A stretch of DNA of 64,000 nt from contig CAOMRW010000010.1 of the NCBI GenBank assembly GCA_948485625.1, positions 25-64,024 of the forward strand. The letters are read 5' to 3'. The translations under genes were made by a program, and so were the position numbers. Under the pieces are notes generated by a model that made no database searches, had not been told where the DNA came from, and worked only from the letters and a program-made list of their open reading frames with translations. This DNA is from an uncultured Clostridia bacterium. Lineage in GTDB: Bacteria > Bacillota > Clostridia > TANB77 > CAG-508. This document shows, piece by piece, positions 9,800 to 18,732 of the stretch (its first letter is position 1; each line of letters starts with the position of its first letter).

Positions 9800-10267
9800 T
9801 TACCAGAAAATTAAAAATGTTAAAAGTGTTCCTAATATTACTTGTTCTTTAGTTAAATCTTTTAGCATTTCTGGAAGTTCTCCTTGTTCTTTTTCATCTG
9901 TAAATTTTATTTCATAATAATCTACATCTTGTACTTTAAAATATATTTCAAAGTCTTTTGTTTCATTTTCTTTTATGTCTATTAAATCTATATATTTGCT
10001 TCCTAAAAATATGTCTCTTTCAGAATACAAGTCTATTTTTAAGTATTTTTTTGTTATTTTGTTTTCTGTACTATTTTGTATTGTTCCTTTTATTCTTCCA
10101 TTTATTTTTGTTGCTTGTGCTTGATATACTGTTACTTGACTTTCATTGTCTTTTCTTCCTATATCACGATATGTTGTTTCTAGATTTAGGTTTATCATTA
10201 ATTCTGAGAATATAAAAAATAATATTACCCAAATTGCATATTTAAATAGTGTTTTCATTCTATCCAT
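9800..10267 (-). CDS. Hypothetical bitopic membrane protein (N- and C-terminal TM helices)
   Basis: ORF with hydrophobic ends (YAIWVILFFIFSELMINL; VILGTLLTFLIFW). No recognisable domain. Confidence 0.5.
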   Translation of the reverse strand: MDRMKTLFKYAIWVILFFIFSELMINLNLETTYRDIGRKDNESQVTVYQAQATKINGRIKGTIQNSTENKITKKYLKIDLYSERDIFLGSKYIDLIDIKENETKDFEIYFKVQDVDYYEIKFTDEKEQGELPEMLKDLTKEQVILGTLLTFLIFW

Positions 10268-10341
10268 ATTTTTTTCTCCATTTCTTACTAGATTTCTTAT
10301 ATTATATCAAAAATATGTTTATTTTTCAATGTTTTTGCAAT

Positions 10342-10959
10342 TTATTCTTTTTCTTTTTTACATATATACAATACATGACTACTAAATCCCATTAAATCTT
10401 CTCTTTCACATGTAGCTAAATGATATTTAATTAATATTTCATATTCTTCTTCATCTAATTTGTTTACATATTCTGCGAATTCCTCTAATATTCCTTCAGT
10501 AGCTACATTATGTAAGCATTTCACATTATATTCATTCATTCTTTTATTAAATTCTTGTACATATTCTGTTGAGAATATTTCTTCTGGTATGTTTTTAAAT
10601 CTAAATTGTTCGTCACTTAGTTCTGCAACTCTTTTTATATTTCCTTTTCTTAAAACATCTGCCAACATTACAGCATCATTAGTTATAAATGAAAAGTAAA
10701 TTATTCCATTTGTTTTTGTTACTCTTATTGCTTCAGATATTGCTTTCCTTTTATCTTCTTCTGTAAATAAATGATATAGTGGTCCTAAACATAGTGTAAC
10801 ATCAAATGTATTATCTTCATACATACTTAAATTGGTTGCATTTCCTTGTTTTACATTAATATTCATATTTGAAGTTATTTTACTTTTTAGAATATCAATA
10901 TTAGATTTTATTAGTTCAATTGAATCTACTTCATATCCTTTTTCGGCATAAATTAATTT
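10342..10959 (-). pseudogene. 5'-truncated class I SAM-dependent methyltransferase remnant
   Basis: The listed ORF starts at MNINVKQGNA, but the frame stays open upstream (KLIYAEKGYEVDSIELIKSNIDILKSKITSN) right up to the TAG stop of the preceding GNAT gene (10960-10962). About 45 N-terminal residues, including the GxGxG SAM-binding motif I, are absent. The post-I/II region (FDVTLCLGPLYHL) is present. Confidence 0.65.
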
Positions 10960-11529
10960 CTAAATATTTTTATTTTTTATATAATTTTCTTTAAATTCAC
11001 TTGATAAAATATCCATAAAAATAGTATCATAGTATTTTCCATTTATAAATCTATTTTCTCTTATTCTTCCCATTTCTTTGAATCCACATTTTTTATAGCA
11101 TTTTAATGCTCTTTCATTAAAGCTCATTAAATTTAATTTTATATTGTGTAAATTCATATAATTAAATCCATAATCTAATATTAATCTAATTGCTTCTGTT
11201 CCATATGAATTGTTCCAATATTCTTTATTGCCTATAAATATTCCTAATGTTGCTGTTCTGTGTATATTGTTTATATTTTCTAATGATACTGTTCCTATCA
11301 TTTCATCTTTATCTAATGTTACTATAACAAATGTTGCTTCTAAATTATTGTTTTCTTCTAAATATTGCTTTTCACTTTCTAATGTTTTTAGTTGTCCACT
11401 TCTTCCTAAATAGTCTGTTATTTCAAAATTATTTAACCATTCTGTGAATTTTTCTACATCTTCACTATTTCTTGGAGATAAGTATATTCTTTCTCCTACT
11501 AATTTTTTAAAATATTTCATTTTTACCAC
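10960..11529 (-). CDS. GNAT family N-acetyltransferase (RimJ/RimL-like)
   Basis: Typical GNAT core: IGTVSLENINNIHRTATLGIFIGNKEYWNNSYGTEAIRLILDYGFNYMNLHNIKLNLMSFNERALKCYKKCGFKE. Confidence 0.8.
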   Translation of the reverse strand: MVKMKYFKKLVGERIYLSPRNSEDVEKFTEWLNNFEITDYLGRSGQLKTLESEKQYLEENNNLEATFVIVTLDKDEMIGTVSLENINNIHRTATLGIFIGNKEYWNNSYGTEAIRLILDYGFNYMNLHNIKLNLMSFNERALKCYKKCGFKEMGRIRENRFINGKYYDTIFMDILSSEFKENYIKNKNI

Positions 11530-11531
11530 TC

Positions 11532-12104
11532 CTATAAATTAAATTTTTCTTTTATTATTTTTGCTACTTCTTTAGCTGATAGATTATCATTATTAATTTT
11601 AATATAATTTTTAAATATTTTTTCTCCTTCTCTTGGTTCAGAATTAAGTCTGTGTTTTTTCATTGATTTAATTAAGTCTTGTTCACTCCATTCTAAATCT
11701 CTTTTGGATGCTTTATGTTCTAGTCTATTTTCTGTTTTATTTCTTTTTAATCTTTCTTCTAAAGATGCTTCTAGCTCTATTACATAGCTTTCTTCAAATA
11801 ATTTCATCCATTTATCTGTTTCTTGTTTTTCTTTTTTAAAATCATTTCCAAAGTCAAAACATCCTGTAAATATTATTCCTTTTTCATTGCTTTTTGCAAA
11901 TTCTTTGAATACTTCATATCTTATAAGTTTATTCATTTTTTGATATGCTTGTTTGTCATAATCAAATATTAATCTTACCATTTCTATTGTCATATGATTA
12001 TGAAATAGTTTGTATTCTGTTATTTTTGCTAACTCTTGACCTACTGTCATTTTTCCAACTGCTTGTGGTCCTATTATTAATATAAATTTTGGCATTTTAT
12101 TCAT
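11532..12104 (-). CDS. P-loop NTPase / small-molecule kinase-like protein
   Basis: Walker A at the N-terminus (ILIIGPQAVGKMTVG). Its size of about 190 aa is typical of AAA_33/shikimate-kinase-like proteins. Confidence 0.6.
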   Translation of the reverse strand: MNKMPKFILIIGPQAVGKMTVGQELAKITEYKLFHNHMTIEMVRLIFDYDKQAYQKMNKLIRYEVFKEFAKSNEKGIIFTGCFDFGNDFKKEKQETDKWMKLFEESYVIELEASLEERLKRNKTENRLEHKASKRDLEWSEQDLIKSMKKHRLNSEPREGEKIFKNYIKINNDNLSAKEVAKIIKEKFNL

Positions 12105-12147
12105 CTCCTTTAAATTAGTTCTGAATATTATTGTGTAATATTCAAAA

Positions 12148-12187
12148 AGTCTTGCAAAGAAATTCTTTAAGACTCCTTTGCAAGACT
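12148..12187 (-). terminator. Stem-loop with T-run: terminator of the upstream ATPase gene or attenuator in the leader of the kinase-like gene
   Basis: Perfect 12-bp stem agtcttgcaaag/ctttgcaagact followed on the minus strand by TTTTTG. It lies about 45 nt upstream of the 12104 start and about 165 nt downstream of the 12351 stop. Confidence 0.6.
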
Positions 12188-12350
12188 TGATATCTTACTT
12201 TATAAGTGTAAGTAGTTTTCTATTTTTACTACCCTTTACCGCTCGAGTGTTATTACTCTAGGTAAACTCTTAATATGTTTTATTTTAGCATGTATTTTTT
12301 CTCTTGTTAATTTGTATTATGTAAATTTCATTATATTAATACATTTTATT

Positions 12351-13562
12351 TTAAAATTCTTCTCCTATTAAAAAGTCTATTATGTTTATATGCTTAATAC
12401 CATCTCTAGAGAAATCTACTTTGTCCATACTAATTACATATTTTTCATAATTATCATCTATTGATTTATAAGCTCCAAACTCTCTTTCTATTGTTTCTTC
12501 ACTTGCTAAAAAATATGTAACCTGAATATATTTTTTTTGTTTTTGTTTAGATACAACAAAATCTACTTCTCCCTTTCTAGTCTTCCCAATATATACTTCA
12601 TATCCTCTTGCTATAAGTTCATTGTACACAATATTTTCAAGTGAATTACTATAATTTACATCTTTTTGATTTGTTTTTATTTTTTTTATCCCTAAATCTG
12701 AGACATAGTATTTATTTAATGATTTTAAAACAGATTTTCCATGAATATCATATCTATTTACTTTATTTATAATAAATGTTGAACATAGTGCTTCTAAGTA
12801 TGTATATAAAGTTTGTGTAGATATTTCAGAATTTTCTTTTTTTAAATAGTTTAATACATGTGTTGCTGAAAATTCTCTTCCTTCTATTTCTAATAAATAT
12901 TGTAATATTTTATTAAAAGATACTATATCTTTTATTTTTAATCTTTCTACAATATCTCTTAGTATTATTGAATCATAAACATCTGATATATAAGTAAATT
13001 TTGCATTATCATCTTTAAAAGAAAATCTCTGTGGTAAACCTCCCCATTCAAATATATCAAACAGTAACTTTTCATAGTCTTCTTTTTTTGTATTTGTAAT
13101 TTCTACAATTTCTTTAAATGTTAATGCATTTACTCTAAAACTTACATATCTTCCTGATAAGTCTGTTGAGAGTTCTGAAAATGTCATTCTACTATTTGAA
13201 CCAGTAATAAAAATACTAAATTTATTTGTAATTCTTAATGAATTTATTGCTTTTTCAAATTGTTCTACTTTTTGAATCTCATCTAAAAATATATAATATA
13301 TTTTATCATCTTTCACTTTATTTTTTATAAATACATCTAAATCTTTTGCTGTATTTATTTCACTATAATCTAATGACTCAAAATTAATATATATTATATG
13401 GTCTTCTGTAACTCCTTTTTCTTTTATTTCATTAATAATTTGTGTCAATATTACAGATTTCCCACTTCTTCTTAGTCCATATATTATTTTTATTAAACTA
13501 GTTTCATTATAAAAATCTCTTATTCTCTCTAAATAAATTTCTCTTTTAATCATAATTATCAC
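12351..13562 (-). CDS. AAA+ ATPase (AAA_14 + DUF4143 architecture, COG1373-like)
   Basis: N-terminal P-loop: IIYGLRRSGKSVIL. The overall layout and the C-terminal GEVDFVV segment are typical of this family. Confidence 0.7.
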   Translation of the reverse strand: MIIMIKREIYLERIRDFYNETSLIKIIYGLRRSGKSVILTQIINEIKEKGVTEDHIIYINFESLDYSEINTAKDLDVFIKNKVKDDKIYYIFLDEIQKVEQFEKAINSLRITNKFSIFITGSNSRMTFSELSTDLSGRYVSFRVNALTFKEIVEITNTKKEDYEKLLFDIFEWGGLPQRFSFKDDNAKFTYISDVYDSIILRDIVERLKIKDIVSFNKILQYLLEIEGREFSATHVLNYLKKENSEISTQTLYTYLEALCSTFIINKVNRYDIHGKSVLKSLNKYYVSDLGIKKIKTNQKDVNYSNSLENIVYNELIARGYEVYIGKTRKGEVDFVVSKQKQKKYIQVTYFLASEETIEREFGAYKSIDDNYEKYVISMDKVDFSRDGIKHINIIDFLIGEEF

Positions 13563-13683
13563 CTAATATAATTTTATCATAATTTGTTTAAAATGTAAAG
13601 TTTTTTTGATGTATCAAAAAAACTTTACATTTTTTTGTTTTTTTTTGATATCATTTTAATATTGTAAAAATTACTGTTTATTA

Positions 13684-16600
13684 TTACATTTCAATTTCTT
13701 TCCCTAAATAAACTGAATAAATATAAACTTTATCTACTTGTTTTTCTAGTGCTTGTTCTAATGCTTGTTTATATAAGTCTAATTGTTTTTTATATTTTTG
13801 TATTAATTCATATTCTTTTCCTTTTTCCACATAATCAGTTTTATAGTCTAATAATACTAATTTGTCATTTTTATCAATGTAGTATAAATCAATAATACCT
13901 TGTACTAAAATATTCTCATCTATATTTTGTTCATATATTTGTTTAGCTGGTGTATTTATATAAAATGGTTTCTCTTGATAAATTTCTTTTGCTGTTTTTA
14001 ATTGTTTCCATATTTCTGATTTTACAAATTCTAATATTTTATATGGATTAATATTATCTGCTTCTTTTTCAGTGATAATTTGCTTTAATTGTAAGTTTTG
14101 TATTAGTTCTTTTATTTTTTGTAAATCATAATCTTCTTTTGGATTTAATTTCTGCATACATAAATGTATTAAAGTTCCTTTTTGTGATGATGTTATTTTT
14201 TCTTCTTTTTCTTCTCTCATAAATTTGGGTTTTTCAAAAGTTATTTGATTTTCTTTTGTTTCATATTCGTTTTTTTCTAAACTTTCTATGTCAATTCCTA
14301 ATTGTTTTTCTTTCATTTGTTTTATCTTAGTAACTGAACTTTTTGTTGGTATCTCTATTGATAACTTATATTTATATTCATATTCTATTTTGTCTTTTAT
14401 TTCTTCTAATATATCTTTTTTATATTCTTTTTTATCTAATAATTCTATTATTTTTTTTGAATCACTTTCTTGTATTTCTTCTCCTTTTTCATTATTTATT
14501 ATTTCATTCGGTTCTATTCGATTTAATTGAATTAAATCATTTTTATCTGCCTTTTCATAAAGATATACTAATAAAATCCAATCTAAATATGTTTTATATT
14601 TTTTTACTAATATCGGATTTATTTTTCCATTCTTTCTAGCATAGATTTCTTCTTGCTTTTCTATGTCTTCAATTTCTTTTGTTAAATCATTTGAAATTCC
14701 TGTTATTATTAATTTTTCTTTTGCTCTTGTTAGTGCAACATATAGTATTCTCATTTCTTCTGAAATACTTTCATTTCTAATAATATTTTTTACTGCCTCT
14801 CTTGTTAATGTATCATATTGAACTTGTGCATTATAATCTATATATTTTGCTCCTATTCCCATATCTTGATGTAATAATACTGGATTTTTTCTTATGTCTT
14901 GCTCATTAAATTGTTTGTTTGTGTTCACTAAAAATACAATTGGAAATTCTAGTCCTTTACTTTTATGAATACTCATTATTCTAATTACATTATCATTTTC
15001 TCCTATAATTTTTGCCGAACTCATATCTCCTGAATTTATTTTTAATTTGTCTATAAAGTTTATAAAGTTATATAACCCTTTAAAACTAGCTGTTTCGTAT
15101 TTTTTGGCTCTTTCAAATAGTATTTTTAAATTTGCTTGTCTTAAATTTCCATTTGGCATTAGTCCTACATAATTATAATATCCTGTATCTGAATATATTT
15201 TCCAAATCAATTCATCTAATGCTAAATATTCTTGCTCTTTTCTCCATGTTTTTATGTTCTTTAAAAATTTTTCTATTTTTTGTTTTAGTTCTGGCTTTAC
15301 ATCTACTTTTGCTTTTAACATACAATTATAAAAATTATCATATTTATCTGATAGTCTAATTTCTACTAATTCATCGTCTGTAAATCCCCCTATATTTGAC
15401 CTTAAGACTGTTACAAGTGGTATATCTTGCATTGGATTATCAATTATTTTTAATAGACTCATTATTGTTTGTATTTCTATTGAATCTAAATATTCTTGAT
15501 TACTATCTGAAAATACTGGCATTTGTAAATTCATTATTTCCTGTTCATATATATTTGCTTTATCTTTTGTAGACCTTAATAAAATTGCTATATCTTTATA
15601 TGTTATATCTCTAAATAATTCATTTTTTCTATCATATACTTGATATTTATTATCTATTAATTCTTTTATTTTTTTTGCTACATATTTTGCTTCTAATTCT
15701 ATGTTTTCTATATGTTCTAATTCTTCTATATTTTCTATTTCTTCTTCATTATTATTTGTATATGTATAATTTTCTTGAACTTCTTCGTTTTCATCTTTTT
15801 TTGTATTTATTATATTTATTTCAATTTTTGCATTTTGATTAGATTTTTTATAATCTTCTGCTCCAAAATTTAAATATTCTTTTTCATCATATTCAACTTC
15901 TCCTAAGTTGTAACTCATTATATTTTTGAATATTAAGTTTGTAAATTCTAGTATATTATCCCTACTTCTAAAGTTTTTAAATAGCTGAATTTTTCTTCCA
16001 GTGAAACAGTTGGGACAGTCCAAAAATGTTTCACTTTTCTTGTTGTTTCTTGTCACATTTTGTATATCTGTTTTATCCTTGACATTTTCTGACAAATTTA
16101 TGAAACATTTTTGGACTGTCCCAATTGTTTCATTTCTGTCAGGTTTCGACAAAATTTCGAAACATTTTTGACCTGTCCCAACTGTTTCAAAATTTTGATA
16201 TTTGTCTAGGAATAGTTTTGGCATGGCTTGTCTGAATCTGTAAATACTTTGCTTTACATCTCCTACCATAAACATGTTATTTCCTCTTGATATTGATGAA
16301 AGTATGTATTCTTGTACTAGGTTACTGTCTTGATATTCGTCTATTGCTATTTCTTCAAATTTTTCTGTGTATTTTTTTGCAATTTCTGTTTTTATTATGT
16401 GTTGTTCTTTTTCTCCTTTTTCATTTATTACTGTTTCTACGTCTTTTACTAATATATTTAGTGCAAAGTGTTCTATGTCTGTAAAGTCTACTATGTTTTT
16501 TTCTCTTTTTCTTTTTGAAAATATGTTGTCAAATTCTATAATTAGATTTTCTAGGTTTTTTAAAACTTCATACATATTATATATGTCTTGATTTGATTGT

Positions 16601-17560
16601 TTTGAGTCTGATACAAATATTTTGTCTATTTTTTTATTGAATTTCTTTTTTACGTTGTCTCTTATGTTTTTTGCTTCTTCTTTTATTTCTGATTCTACTT
16701 TTTTTCTAGGCCATGTGATGAATTTTATATTTTGTGCTATTTCGTATGATTTGTCCCAGTTGTTTAAGTTTTGTTTTAGTGTGTCTAATTGTTTTATGTC
16801 TGTTTCTATTGCTTGTTTAAAAGTTTCTAATTCGTTGTCATTTTCTAAGCTTTTTAAAACATCTGTAAGTATTGCTATATCATCTATTAATTCTTCTTCT
16901 ACTTCTTCTAGTAATGTTTTTCCCCATTGTGTTTGGCTAAAGTCTTCATCTAGTTTGTTTTTTATATTAAACATTTCTATTTTTTCATTTAGCCATTTTT
17001 TAGGATATGGACTTGAGCTTATGTAATTATATATGTTTGTTATTAGTTCTTTTAATGGTGTATCGTCTTTATAACTTGTATATGTGTTTATTAGCTTTGT
17101 AAAGTCTTTGTCTTCTGAAAGATATTTTTCTTCAAATAGTTCATCTAGTATTTCTTGTTTTAGTAATTCTATTTCTGGTGTGTCTGCTATTCTAAAATTT
17201 GGTGATACATTTTCTAGTTGATAAAAGTTATTTTTTACAACTTCAAGACAGAATGAGTCTATTGTACATATGCTTGCCATATTTAATAATGTTATTTGTC
17301 TTTGTAGGTTTGCGTTTTCTGGGTCTTCTTCTAATTTTTTATATATTGCATTTAGTACTCTTTCTTTCATTTCTGATGCTGCTGCATTTGTGAATGTAAC
17401 TACTAGTAATTTGTCTATGTCTATATTTTCTTTTATTGCTTTGTTTATTATTCTTTCTACTAATACTGCTGTTTTTCCGGCTTCCTGCTGCTGCTGCAAT
17501 TAGTAAATTTGTGTCTTTTTCGTATATTGCTTGTTTTTGTTCTTCAGTCCAGTTTGGCAT
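13684..17560 (-). pseudogene. addA: ATP-dependent helicase/nuclease subunit A (AddA/RexA-type). It is split by a +1 frameshift inside the Walker A motif and carries an in-frame repeat insertion.
   Basis: The N-terminal ORF 17339..17560 (MPNWTEEQKQAIYEKDTNLLIAAAAGSRKN...) and the main ORF 13684..17499 (...EAGKTAVLVERI...) join as AAAGS-GKT if one C at about 17478-17480 is skipped. UvrD motifs are present: DEYQDSN, VGDVKQSIYRFR, NFRSR, VALTRAKEKL. C-terminal PD-(D/E)xK nuclease: GIIDLYYIDKNDKLVLLDYKTD. Confidence 0.85.
16002..16189. repeat. Three copies of a 32-nt palindromic repeat unit (family 1) plus spacers, located inside the addA reading frame
   Basis: Units at 16002-16033 (tgaaacagttgggacagtccaaaaatgtttca, inverted orientation), 16101-16132 (tgaaacatttttggactgtcccaattgtttca) and 16158-16189 (cgaaacatttttgacctgtcccaactgtttca). 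Further copies lie at 32083-32114 and 59524-59555. Confidence 0.9.
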
Positions 17561-17581
17561 TTTTCTTTTTCACTCCATTCA

Positions 17582-17630
17582 TGTCCAAGAGGGACGTTTC
17601 TTTTGGGACATTTTTGTCCATTTGGGACAG
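17582..17630. repeat. GC-rich palindromic repeat (family 2) in the addA 5' leader
   Basis: tgtccaagagggacgtttcttttgggacatttttgtccatttgggaca aligns with 63105-63154 and, inverted, with 63501-63535. It lies 22-70 nt upstream of the addA ATG. Confidence 0.85.
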
Positions 17631-17742
17631 ATATTGTTTTTTGTATTTTATCAAATTTGGTTGTAAAAAACAATATGATTACAAAAAAAGGAAGAGTATT
17701 AAGCTCCTCCTTTTTCAACTCATTATTCCTTAATCCCGACTT

Positions 17743-18159
17743 TTACAACTTTACAGTTCCAGCAATTGCAAAAAATGAAATCTTGTTAAGGTCATCTTCT
17801 GCCTTGTTCTGCTGCACCTTTGCATCAAATACATTGTCTGCTGCAACGTCAACTTCGTAAGTTGCATCCGGCACCTGCCTTGCTGCTTTCGCATAGGTAT
17901 GCAGTGGCTGTGAAATCGCTTCAACTTCATTTGCACTCGGATTAATTGCTTTGCCCAGCTGTCTCAAATGCTTTCCTTCTTCTGCGAACTGGCTCTTTGC
18001 ACGATTTGCTGTGTTGGTCAGGTTTTCAAGTTTCTGTACAGCTGCTTCGTGTTCCTTTACCCGCTGCTCAACATTTGCTGTTGCCTCAGCTACATTTGCC
18101 TCTGCGTCTTTGACCATATTAGCGATAACTTCTGCATACTTTTCTCTCAAATTTGTCAT
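17743..18159 (-). CDS. Hypothetical Ala-rich helical protein encoded by a compositionally foreign (about 45-48% GC) segment
   Basis: 138-aa ORF. The sampled line 17821-17880 is 29/60 G+C, against about 25% around it. Several stop-free overlapping frames confirm the GC anomaly. No recognisable domain. Confidence 0.55.
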   Translation of the reverse strand: MTNLREKYAEVIANMVKDAEANVAEATANVEQRVKEHEAAVQKLENLTNTANRAKSQFAEEGKHLRQLGKAINPSANEVEAISQPLHTYAKAARQVPDATYEVDVAADNVFDAKVQQNKAEDDLNKISFFAIAGTVKL

Positions 18160-18287
18160 AATTTTTCCTCCTGTTTGAGTTGTTATGATTGTTAAGTTCT
18201 ATTTTATTATATACTTAATTAACATAATTGTCAATATTTTCATCTAAATTATGTTAATTATATTGTATTTATTACTAAAATTTACAA

Positions 18288-18322
18288 AAGATGAGAATAA
18301 ACTATTTAGTTCATTCTCATCT
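18288..18322 (-). terminator. Intrinsic terminator downstream of 18360..18593
   Basis: Stem agatgagaat/attctcatct followed by a T-run (ttttg) on the minus strand. Confidence 0.6.
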
Positions 18323-18359
18323 TCATTTTACTTTATAAGCTTTCTTCTATTTTGCTTAA

Positions 18360-18593
18360 TTACTTAAGTACCTCACCATAATTAAGAATATCTTCTTTAT
18401 TAAACGGGTACACTTCTTCTTGCAATATTGCTGCAATGTCTAACCAGATTTTTGTTTCTTCAGATGCCATCTTTTCTTTGATGTAATCTACATCATTTTC
18501 TGTGTAGACTATTACTCCTTCTTTTAAATGGACATATGATTTTGCAAATTTCTTGTTACCAATTTCATGCTTAGTATTGTCAACTTGTTGCAT
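18360..18593 (-). CDS. Hypothetical small protein (77 aa)
   Basis: ORF with an upstream GGAGG-like RBS (aaaggaggtaacattATG on the minus strand). No recognisable domain. Confidence 0.5.
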   Translation of the reverse strand: MQQVDNTKHEIGNKKFAKSYVHLKEGVIVYTENDVDYIKEKMASEETKIWLDIAAILQEEVYPFNKEDILNYGEVLK

Positions 18594-18732
18594 AATGTTA
18601 CCTCCTTTAAATGTTGTTTACTTTTTATTCTGTCTTGCCTCTATTTGAGGTTATAAATACGATATGCTATTTAGCATTAATTGGTATTATACTATAAAAT
18701 CTAAATTTCTTCAACTGTTTATGTAAAGTTTT

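Noticed and set aside
17500-17860. Small ORFs 17500..17718 (-), 17509..17733 (+) and 17531..17860 (+) in the addA upstream region
   Set aside because: They read through the family-2 repeat and the high-GC segment, where stop codons are rare. They lack RBSs and overlap each other in several frames.
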